Part shown: piece by piece, positions 27,335 through 39,300 of the stretch
Layout: every line of letters starts with the position of its first letter
Numbering within the stretch: the first letter of the stretch is position 1
Translations under genes and position numbers: made by a program
Notes under the pieces: generated by a model
Told to the model about the DNA's origin: nothing
Seen by the model: only the letters and a program-made list of their open reading frames with translations
Database searches by the model: none
DNA from: Macrostomum lignano
Taxonomy: Eukaryota
Direction of reading: 5' to 3'
NCBI GenBank assembly: GCA_002269645.1
Contig: NIVC01000012.1
Coordinates: 1 to 64,000 of the forward strand
Length of the DNA stretch: 64,000 nt

Positions 27335-30300
27335 CTGCGGAGATCGGATAGAAAATGCGCGAGTCTTCAATAGATGCAGCAGTGAGTCCTCTATGAGCCT
27401 CCTTAAGGTTCAAGGTCGTCAATCACTGATGGTCCTGAGGCGGTTAAAGTCTTCACTTAACCTTCATTAGGCATCACAAAGTGCCTACACCAAATTTCCT
27501 TAATATTTATCAGTCTTCACTCATTTAGCTACATTGGTGAGCCACTTTCCAACACCATTAAACACTTTATGGAGTACTAATTATCATGTAGTAAGATCGC
27601 ATTCACCTGAAGCAGCATAGAAATAGCGATGCCGAAGATCTCCGGCGTACAGGTGCAGTAGCTCTCCTCGGCTTCATTAATCACTGGCGCTTCAACCTCG
27701 GAGATTTTCTTGCGCCGCTGGTTGACCCCGCTGAGCAGGCCAGATTGGTCTTTACGCGCCCTCTGCGCGGTGATCACGAGCACAAACTGCAGCAGAGACC
27801 AGGTCCATATGGTCAGAATGAGCTTAATGAGCATCCGGTCCCGCTTGACCACTTCCTCTTTGAATGCTTCGAAGAATTCGACAATATCGGCCGCGGTGCC
27901 GATGTACACGAGGAGCAGCTGGGAGAGCTGGTCGTGGGTGAGCTTGCCCTTGGGCAGCATCCACCGGCCCATGATGAGCAGGAGAAGCAGCAGCTGCTCG
28001 AGAATTCGAATTGTCAACTCGAAATCGTGGCTGTCCCAGCTGCCGTCTTTGTGCATCTACAACAGGTTGCGCGATGGCTCTGGATTTGGCGCTTTGAGCT
28101 GTTTTAAAACCGCATTAGCGACGACTGGTTCCGACGAAAAATGGGTGGAACCTGCCATCAAGGGCGCTGATGCAGGGACGTAGAAGGACTTTACAGGAGG
28201 CCGATTTTCGCTGCCAAAATGCAATGGCGAGAGAGGAACTCTTCAGTTTTTAGCACTTGCCGGCAAGTTACCCAATGTCAAACCTTCTGGACCTCCGAAT
28301 TCAAAACGAAGCATGAGTTTTGAATTCGGAGGTTCAGTCTTTAGTGAGTTGAGAATTCGATATTGAGGATGTAGTGCTAAATTAAAACAAAAAACTTCCA
28401 ACCTCAGCGAAAGCCTCCAATCTCCGTCATTCTACTTTACCTGTCTTCTTGTTGACGTGTAAGTAAAAAACTAGCGCTAATGCAAATCAATTTGAGGCAC
28501 GCATAATCTCTGTGGCATCTGCGGACTCTGTGGAGTGTGCTCCAACGTCAGAAGATGTCGTTACTGCATAGAGTAAATTTCTGTGGCTTTGTGCAGAATA
28601 AGTTAATAAATTGTTGTGCAAATTGAAAATAAAGTAATCAACAATTGCTTTTTAGTAAAATTAGTGTTGTGTTAACAAGTCTAAATAAATGGTTTAAATC
28701 GAAGGAAAAGTGTATGAAAAATGGAGGAAACGATGCATGGCAGTCAGAGGTCAATCAATACCGATGAGAAGAGACAGCTTATCATGGCGCAGCCGTGGGC
28801 CTGAAAAGTCGGGTACATTTTGGACGTCGAAAGCTGTTTGAAACGACTCTTATATTCACCGTCCAGCTCATTTTTCGGCATCGGCGCATTTTAACATGAG
28901 CTGAGCTGAGGTGCGAAGTGGGTCGCCATTTTGTCAGTCTCACAGCCGAGTAAGTTTTTACGATACAAACTCCATTCTCCCCCGTCGCGCGAAATCCATC
29001 AAGCTTAGTGTCACTTCATCAAGCTTAGCGTCACTCCATCAAGCTTAGCATCGCTTCATCAAGCTTAGCGTCGCTACGAGTACATCAAGCTTAGCATCGC
29101 TTCATCGCGTCGCTACACCAAGCTTAGCGTCGCTTCATCAAACTCAGCATTACTCATCAAGTACTCCATCAAGCTTAAAAGGTTGGCATCGTCAAGCTTC
29201 TAAACCATGTCACTTCACCAATAAACCATTTCCTTCAATGTCTCTCACCAGGCTTAAGACTGTCACCCTATTGCTTCAACATCAAGCAAGCTACGAGCGT
29301 AAATTCACTGAAAACTTTCACGCAGAAAAAGTAAATTATGGGAAAGACTAAAACTGGTAAAGTGCAGAAAAGTGCATAATTTTGTGGGGAAAGTTGTAGC
29401 ACGAGCAGAAGTCACGAGTTTGCCATTCTGCTCGAACCTGTGCGGCAGAACAGCCACGATGCAGCGTATTGCGAGAATGCCAATTATCACGTACATGTAG
29501 ATGAGGTCAGACATGAGACGCCAATAGGTTTGAAGTGTCAATACTAGAAGCTGTCAATCAGTTTTTAGTTGCCTTACGTGAGCGCTTTCGTTCCCGGCTC
29601 GCATCTGGTCACACAGAGCCACGTTGGTGGTGTTGAACCCGATTTTGCATTCGCACTGCCGATCGTCCGTGAGATTGAACACGAGCTTGCAGTGGATTCG
29701 CCACTCAACCAGCTCCATCTCCAGGAACCAGGTGCTCGGCACGGTGATTAGCAGGTAGAAAAATGCCGACGGACAGAACCTGCGAGAATTGAGAAGTATT
29801 TTTGTTGAGGACAGATAAACATAAGCCTCCAAGGCACATGGTATCTACGTGTCTGACAATATCGTGCGAGAGTGTGCGAGTGCATGCACGGGGTCAGCAG
29901 AATGCGTATGACTGCCGGCCCTACTTCCTTGCTGGCTTGCTGACTATACGACACAAGGGCACACAGCCATTTAGACATGTTGATGATGTTAAGACGTAAA
30001 AATGAAAACAACAAAATTTGGAGGTCGGTCTGTTAGCAACTTAGTCCTCGAAAACTCGATAGGTTTGTACCATAGACACAAACTCACTGACTACGAGTAC
30101 AAGGAAAAATCTATTTAAAATATGCTTTTCGAGGACTAAGTTATTAAGAGATCGGCCTCCAATTTTGTAGTAGTCCCTGGCTATGCTTCAATACACAAAA
30201 CCAAGGAAGCCTCTATGTTCGCTTGGCTACTCAGGAAGCAACACTCAAAAGAACTCCCATAGATTTTTTTGGGACTAAAATTGTACACACGAACCCCTAA

Positions 30301-33300
30301 ATGCCCTAAATGTGAACAAGTTTAGTCTAAAAAATCTATGGGAATTCTTTTGACTTTTGCTTTTGCTGAGGAGCGAAGTGAACATAGAGGCTAGCTATGT
30401 ACCATAGCGTTTTGTATCTAGAAATCCATATACTCGAACCTAATGACAACAACATCTCAGCATGAATGAACTAATGACAATCTCAGCATGAATGAACTAA
30501 TAATCTCGGTGAGTCACCTAGCTACCGTTAAGATTGCTTGATAAGGGCGCCAGAATCAAGTGCACACAGTTAGTTATTCTCTCAGAATTCCTGCAGAGCA
30601 TGAACTCCAAATCCTAGCCACTGGGCCCCGGCAGTCAGCGGTAGCAAGTGACTAATGAGCAGCGACCGCTATGCCGAACTAAAATCTGGTTATATACGTG
30701 GGGGCGTCTACTTTGGGCAAGCCATTATTCATGAACTATTTGAGGCTTTTATCACTGACGTCAATGACGGATGGCCGAAGGAGAGAGGAGGAGAGGGTCA
30801 AAGCAGGAAGATTTGGTCTCGGATTTTGCGCTGAAGAAAAACCAGTCAAGCACAGCGACCAGCTTCATTCTTTCCGGAGATTGAGGAAATTTAATTTGGC
30901 ATCCAGCTTTTTTCACTGATTCCAAACATTTCTGAGGACGCTGCTTCGTTCCAACAAAACGTTTTAATGACAAAAACTTTTAGCAAATCATTTTTCAATA
31001 AGAAAGTCTGTCTCCAGGTGCTCAAGGAAGTTCCCATTTGCCAACGGTTTAGCAGGTCTCTCACCCCTGAATAGAGTACCTCCGGAACAGCGACCAGTGC
31101 GTGCGTGCGTGCAAATGAGTCTGAGAACTTCTGACTTTATGACCTACGGACTTCCTTATATGGAAGCCAAGTAAAATTTGAAGCACGTTTGAAGTTTGCG
31201 ACTTCAACTGCTCGCTGAGAATATGGAGAACTAGTGAATGAAGACGCTGTCGTCTTCAAAGGTGGGACGATGGTTTATATATTGTTTGTAACTTTTATGG
31301 CCTAATTTTAAATTAAAAAAAAACTAAGAAGCTTAGTTGATTATAATTTAATTTAAACAAAGTTTAAGCATAACTATTTAAAAAAATTAATAAAAACACT
31401 TATGATGGTTTATTATGTCCATTATTGTTTATGGCTATGACCTATTTATTTAACCCAAATTAAGAACTAATTAAAACGCTATATCGTGTTTTTATATTTT
31501 ACGGCTATGACGTATGAAGAACTAAATAGCTTAATGGGCTACATTTTCAATTTGATTTAAACAAAGTTTATACATAACTGTGGAAATATAATAATAAAAA
31601 ATATTTTATTAGATTACAAGAATATCCACTCTGCTGTTGTGTAGAAAGGGTTGTTAAGGCGGTTGTTGTTGTTTGTTGGTTGTAAAAGGGGTTGTTGTTG
31701 TTGGGGTTTTTGTTGTTGTTGGGGTTGTTGTTGTTGTTGTTGGGGGGTGGTTGTTGTTGGGGGTTTGCGTAACGTGGGGGCTGCCGCCCCCACACCCCGC
31801 TCCCCCACCCCTCCCGCGCGTTGTTGTTGGGGAGGGTGGTTGTTGTTGTGGGTTTGCGTAACGTGGGGGCTCCCGCCCCCACACCCCCGCTCCCCACCCC
31901 TCCCGCGCGCTGTTGTTGGGGAGGGTGGTTGTTGTTGTGGGGTTTGCATAACGTGGGGGCTGCCGCCCCCACACCCCCGCTCCCCACCCCTCCCGCGCGT
32001 TGTTGTTGGGGAGGGTGGTTGTTGTTGTGGGGTTTGCGTAACGTGGGGGCTGCCGCCCCCACACCCCCGCTCCCCCACCCCTCCCGCGCGTTGTTGTTGG
32101 GGAGGGTGGTTGTTGTTGTGGGGTTTGCGTAACGTGGGGGCTGCCGCCCCCACACCCCCGCTCCCCCACCCCTCCCGCGCGTTGTTGTTGGGGAGGGTGG
32201 TTGTTGTTGTGGGGTTTGCGTAACGTGGGGGCTGCCGCCCCCACACCCCCGCTCCCCCACCCCTCCCGCGCGTTGTTGTTGGGGAGGGTGGTTGTTGTTG
32301 TGGGGTTTGCGTAACGTGGGGGCTGCCGCCCCCACACCCCCGCTCCCCCACCTAACCCCTCCGCAAATTTTCCCACCTCTAACACATCTTTTTAGCACGC
32401 TAAAACTGCTTGTAAGCCTTCTTGCGACCACGCAACACATACTTGCCGATATGTATCGTAATACTCTTTCTGCACTAACAAATCATCTGTGCCGCACTTT
32501 CAGCTTCACTCTTACTCTTTAATAAGGTATACAAGGAAAGGAAAATTAAACAATTAATATTAAATTATATTCAAGTGAAAGAGAATTGAAAATACTAATA
32601 AATCCGTTCCTGCTAAAAAAATTAAATATAAAAAAACCTGGCCCACTTGGGATTCGAACCCGTGTTTAGGCCATTTACAAAGCAACTGCCTTCGGCCACG
32701 ATCCATCTCTCGCTTAAGCGAAGCTCTACAGTGCACGCGCTTTATATCGAATATTCCGTATGTATGGTAGCCACTTATACGATTTTTGCTGCTTTTTCAT
32801 ACATTTCTGCTCGCTGCATCGCAACGCCTTAACCTAAAAATACGAGTCGCATGTCGTTACAGAGATAACATCAAGGCGCATTAATCCAATGCATTTTCAA
32901 ACTATGTCAACAAATTTTTTCGGCTGCTAGGCGCCAAATTATGAATTTTTACCTGTTCTGACAGGTATTCAAACAGGTATTAAGACCTGTTAACCTAAGA
33001 ATCAGTTTTCAAAACTTATTTAGTTGCATAGTGCATCCATAATGCTGTTTTTAGACACCAAACTTGAGTCTCTAGGTCTCGCCAATGCAGAGTTATTAGC
33101 AAAAGTATGCTCAAAATTTGCCCAAAAATGGCCTACTCAAAATTCGGAGCCAATTTTCTCAAAAATACGAATTTTCCAGCCATATTGGCGTATGACCGGT
33201 GAAACTTCAGCTATTCGACTAAACAATATTGAAAATGCAGAAAAATCGGTGCGCAAAATTTCTTATTTTTCGACTTCAAAGTTTGTACCCCAAATGGGCC

Positions 33301-36300
33301 GTTTTTCACTTAACAGGTAAAAAGTACCTGTTAACAGGTATTTTTTCCAGAGTGTCTTGCGCCATTCGAACGGGCATCCGATGGGCTACAATTTGACACC
33401 ACACTCGAAAAAATTCGCCCAGTAATAAAAATTTTTCTTTAACAACATATGGTTTTTTGGTCGAGTCCCCCGGCCTCTTTTTTCCCCGGTTTCCGGGTCA
33501 CTGCTCCGCACAGGTAGGTCCAAATGCTTAGAAAATTCAGGAAAACAAATTTCCATATGTTTGACACGTTTTGTTAAAATCTCAACACCGTAGCTTAAAA
33601 CACTTTCTTATTTTTGGAGACTACTTTTTGAAAACGTGACCCAAATTTTCAAAAACACTGTTTTTGACCCTTGTAGCCATATAGAGCAGCAATGAATGGC
33701 CCAATCAAGCAGATCTCAGCATTTCCGAATAAAAGACATCCATTTGAGTGATTTGGGTTGAAAAATTGAAAAAATCAAGATTTGCATCTGTATAGGATAA
33801 GCCTCTTTAAAGTGCACAAACGGTTTGTACTTTTAAAGTGCAGATAGGTAGCCATGTCAAAAGTACATTTTAGCCCAAAAAATTATAGCGCATCTAAAAG
33901 CCCCAGGTGTTGTTGACATTAGGCAGCAGCTCAAAAGCCGCGCTATTGCGCGTCCTTTTCGCTGCAGTACGGGCAAGGTTGAAAAACATGTACAAAAAAT
34001 TGGCCGAAAAATTGCATTTTTAAAAATCAGATGCAGTTTGCTCAAAAATACGAATTTTCCAGCCATATTGGCATATGACCGGTGAAACTTTAGCTATTCG
34101 ACTAAACAATATTGAAAATGCAGAAAAATCGGTGCGCAAAATTTCTTATTTTTCCACTCCAAAGTTTGTACCCCCAAATGGGCCGTTTTTCACTTAACAG
34201 GTAAAAAGTACCTGTTAACAGGGGTTTTTTCAGGAGTGTCTTATGTCATTCAAAAGGGCATCCGATGGGCTACAATTTGACACTACACTCGAAAAAATTC
34301 GCCCCATTTTAAAAAAATTTCCTTAACAACGTTTGATTTTCTGCAGAGCCCCCGGCCTCTTTTTTCCCTGGTTTCCGGGTCACTGCTCCGCACAGGTAGG
34401 TCCAAATGCTTAGAAAATTTGGGAAAACAAATTTCCAAATGTTTGACACGTTGTGTTAAAGTCTCAACACCGTAGCATAAAACACTTTCTTATTTTTTGG
34501 GACTACTTTTTAAAAACGTGACCCAATTTTTCGAAAATGTCGTTTTTAGGCACTCTTTGGCACCTGGGCAGGTTATTGATGGCCCAATCGGCCAGATCTC
34601 AATGTTTCCGAATAGAAGACATCCATTTGAGTAATTTGGTGTAGAAATATTAAAAAATAAAGTTTTCCATCTCGACGCCATAGGCCTCACAAAAGTGCAC
34701 TAAAAATTTGTACTTTTAAACAGCAGATAGGCAGCCATGAGAAAAGTACATTTTAGCCAAAAAAACTACAGCGCATTAGACAGCTCAAAGTGTTGTCAAC
34801 GCTAGGAGACAGCTCAAAGGCCGCGCGAAAGCGCGTCCTTTTCGCTGCGGTAAGGCAAAGTTGAAAAAAATGCCAATTTTTCGACCTCAAAAAACACGTT
34901 TTTTGTACTTTTACCTGTAAAGTGAAAGTACAATCAAAAAATCCATTTCGGATCATTTTAGCGTTCGAATGCCCGCGTCTGCTGAGCCCACTCGCTAAGC
35001 GCTGCCATATTCTCAATCCTTATTTTTTGAGATCAAATTTTTTGACAATGTCGAAAAAACGCAGTTTTTGGTTGCCATGGCAACCAAAACGCGTCGCCAT
35101 GACAACCAAACACTGCGGATCTGTTAGCCCTAGGTCTTTGACGCATTTTGGCAAAAACCGTTTGTAAATCGGTCGTACCGTTTTTTATGCGCAGCGTTTC
35201 AAAGTTGAAAAACGTCATTTTCCTATGTGACACCGTTACCCAATCTTATCAGGGACGATTTCGCAAAAGTAAGCACCATAGAAAAAAATTCTCGCTTCGC
35301 TCGCATTTTTTTCTATGCCACTTACTGGCTCATCGTCCCACAACTAGTGAATGAAGACGCTGTCGTCTTCAAAGGTGGGACGATGGTTTATATATTGTTC
35401 GTAACTTTTATGGCCTAATTTTAAATTTAAAAAAAAAAACTAAGAAGCTTAGTTGATTATAATTTAATTTAAACAAAGTGTAAGCATAACTATTTAAAAA
35501 AATTAATAAAAATACTTATGATGGTTTATTATGTCCATTATTGTTTATGGCTATGACCTATTTATTTAACCCAAATTAAGAACTAATTAAAACGCTATAT
35601 CGTGTTTTTATATTTTACGGCTATACCGCATTTTCAATTTGATTTAAACAAAGTTTATACATAACTGTGGAAATATAATAATAAAAAATATTTTATTAGA
35701 TTACAAGAATATCCACTCTGCTGTTGTGTAGAAAGGGTTGTTAAGGCGGTTGTTGTTGTTTGTTGGTTGTAAAAGGGGTTGTTGTTGTTGGGGTTTTTGT
35801 TGTTGTTGGGGTTGTTGTTGTTGTTGTTGGGGGTGGTTGTTGTTGGGGGTTTGCGTAACGTGGGGGCTGCCGCCCCCACACCCCCGCTCCCCACCCCTCC
35901 GCGCGTTGTTGTTGGGGAGGGTGGTTGTTGTTGGGGTTTGCGTATTGTGGGGGCTGCCGCCCCCACACCCCCGCTCCCCCACCTAACCCCTCCGCAAATT
36001 TTCCCACCTCTAACACATCTTTTTAGCACGCTAAAACTGCTTGTAAGCCTTCTGGCGACCACGCAACACATACTTGCCGATATGTATCGTAATACTCTTT
36101 CTGCACTAACAAATCATCTGTGCCGCACTTTCAGCTTCACTCTTACTCTTTAATAAGGTATACAAGGAAAGGAAAATTAAACAATTAATATTAAATTATA
36201 TTCAAGTGAAAGAGAATTGAAAATACTAATAAATCCGTTCCTGCTAAAAAAATTAAATATAAAAAAACCTGGCCCACTTGGGATTCGAACCCGTGTTTAG

Positions 36301-39300
36301 GCCATTTACAAAGCAACTGCCTTCGGCCACGATCCATCTCTCGCTTAAGAGAAGCTCTACAGTGCACGCGCTTTATATCGAATATTCCGTATGTATGGTA
36401 GCCACTTATACGATTTTTGCTGCTTTTTCATACATTTCTGCTCGCTGCATCGCAACGCCTTAACCTAAAAATACGAGTCGCATGTCGTTACAGAGATAAC
36501 ATCAAGGCGCATTAATCCAATGCATTTTCAAACTATGTCAACAAATTTTTCGGCTGCTAGGCGCCAAATTATGAATTTTTACCTGTTCTGACAGGTATTC
36601 AAACAGGTATTTAGACCTGTTAACCTAAGAATCAGTTTTCAAAACTTATTTAGTTGCATAGTGCATCCATAATGCTGTTTTTAGACACCAAACTTGAGTC
36701 TCTAGGTCTCGCCAATGCAGAGTTATTAGCAAAAGTATGCTCAAAATTTGCCCAAAAATGGCCTACTCAAAATTCGGAGCCAATTTTCTCAAAAATACGA
36801 ATTTTCCAGCCATATTGGCGTATGACCGGTGAAACTTCAGCTAATTGACTAAACAATATTGAAAATGCAGAAAAATCGGTGCGCAAAATTTCTTATTTTT
36901 CGACTTCAAAGTTTGTACCCCAAATGGGCCGTTTTTCACTTAACAGGTAAAAAGTACCTGTTAACAGGTATTTTTTCCAGAGTGTCTTGCGCCATTCGAA
37001 CGGGCATCCGATGGGCTACAATTTGACACCACACTCGAAAAAATTCGCCCAGTAATAAAAATTTTTCTTTAACAACATATGCTTTTTTGGTCGAGTCCCC
37101 CGGCCTCTTTTTTCCCCGGTTTCCGGGTCACTGCTCCGCACCGGTAGGTTCAAATGCTTAGAAAATTTATGAAAACAAATTTCCATATGTTTGACACGTT
37201 TTGTTAAAATCTCAACACCGTAGCTTAAAACACTTTCTTATTTTTGGAGACTACTTTTTGAAAACGTGACCCAAATTTTCAAAAACACTGTTTTTGACCC
37301 TTGTAGCCATATAGAGCAGCAATGAATGGCCCAATCAAGCAGATCTCAGCATTTCCGAATAAAAGACATCCATTTGAGTGATTTGGGTTGAAAAATTGAA
37401 AAAATCAAGATTTGCATCTGTATAGGATAAGCCTCTTTAAAGTGCACAAACGGTTTGTACTTTTAAAGTGCAGATAGGTAGCCATGTCAAAAGTACATTT
37501 TAGCCCAAAAAATTATAGCGCATCTAAAAGCCCCAGGTGTTGTTGACATTAGGCAGCAGCTCAAAAGCCGCGCTATTGCGCGTCCTTTTCGCTGCAGTAC
37601 GGGCAAGGTTGAAAAACATGTACAAAAAATTGGCCGAAAAATTGCATTTTTAAAAATCAGATGCAGTTTGCTCAAAAATACGAATTTTCCAGCCATATTG
37701 GCATATGACCGGTGAAACTTTAGCTATTCGACTAAACAATATTGAAAATGCAGAAAAATCGGTGCGCAAAATTTCTTATTTTTCCACTCCAAAGTTTGTA
37801 CCCCCAAATGGGCCGTTTTTCACTTAACAGGTAAAAAGTACCTGTTAACAGGGGTTTTTTCCAGAGTGTCTTATGTCATTCAAAAGGGCATCCGATGGGC
37901 TACAATTTGACACTACACTCGAAAAAATTCGCCCCATTTTAAAAAAATTTCCTTAACAACGTTTGATTTTCTGCAGAGCCCCCGGCCTCTTTTTTCCCTG
38001 GTTTCCGGGTCACTGCTCAGCACAGGTAGGTCCAAATGCTTAGAAAATTTAGGAAAACAAATTTCCAAATGTTTGACACGTTGTGTTAAAGTCTCAACAC
38101 CGTAGCATAAAACACTTTCTTTTTTTTTGGGACTACTTTTTAAAAACGTGACCCAATTTTTCGAAAATGTCGTTTTTAGGCACTCTTTGGCACCTGGGCA
38201 GGTTATTGATGGCCCAATCGGCCAGATCTCAATTTTTCCGAATAGAAGACATCCATTTGAGGTATTTGGTGTAGAAATATTAAAAAATAAAGTTTTCCAT
38301 CTCGACGCCATAGGCCTCACAAAAGTGCACTAAAAATTAGCCACTTGTCAAAGAGCATCCGCGTCGACCTTGTGCGGAGTATCCACTTTGGTTGTTGTGT
38401 AGAAAGGGTTGTTAGGTTGTTGTTGTTGTTGGGGTTGTTGTTGTTGGGGTTGTTGTTGTTGTTGGGTAGGGGTTGTTGTTGTTGTTGGGGTTGTTGTTGT
38501 TGTTGGGTAGGGGTTGTTGTTGGGTAGGGGTTGCGTAATGTGGGGGGCTGCTGCCCCCCACACCCCCCGCTCCCCCACCCCTCCCGCGTGTTGTTGGATA
38601 GGGGTTGCGTAATGTGGGGGGCTGCTGCCCCAACACCCCCCGCTCCCCCACCCCTCCCCGCGTTGTTGTTGTTGTTGTAAATGGGGTTGCGTAATGTGGG
38701 GGGCCGCTGCCCCACAACCCCCGCTCCCCCACCCCCACCGCTCCCCCACCCCTCCACAACTTTTCCCACATCTAAACACATCTTTTTAATATGTTACAAC
38801 TACATTCTGCCCTTCAGACGACCAGACACCAAATTACTTGCTTGCCGACATGTATCGTAATATACTTTTTCGCACTAGCAATCATCTGTGCCGCATTAAA
38901 ACATTCACTCTTACTCTTTAAATACGTATAAAAAGAAAAATAAATTCAAATTATATTAAATTTAATTGTATAAGAAACATATCAGTTAGAGAAATAAAAA
39001 ATACTAAAAATCTGTTTGCTCTAAAAAAACTTAAACTAAAAAAACTCGGACCACGTGGAAGTCGAACCCATGCAGCACTCATTTAAAAAGGCAACTATCT
39101 TTGCCACTAAGCCACCAGTTGCTTACACGATAGCCCTACAGTACACGCGTTTTATATCGAATATCGCTAATAGCAGCCATTTCTACCATTTTTGCTGCTT
39201 TTTCATACATTTCTGCTCGCTGCATCGCAACGCCTTAACCTAAAAATACGAGTTGCATGTCGGTACAGAGATAACATCAAGGCGCATTCATCCAATGCAT

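Noticed and set aside
31568-32440. Overlapping Pro/Gln/Thr-rich ORFs in the Helentron-like copies
   Set aside because: They come from TTG and 90-bp repeats. No Rep/helicase motifs occur anywhere in the element.
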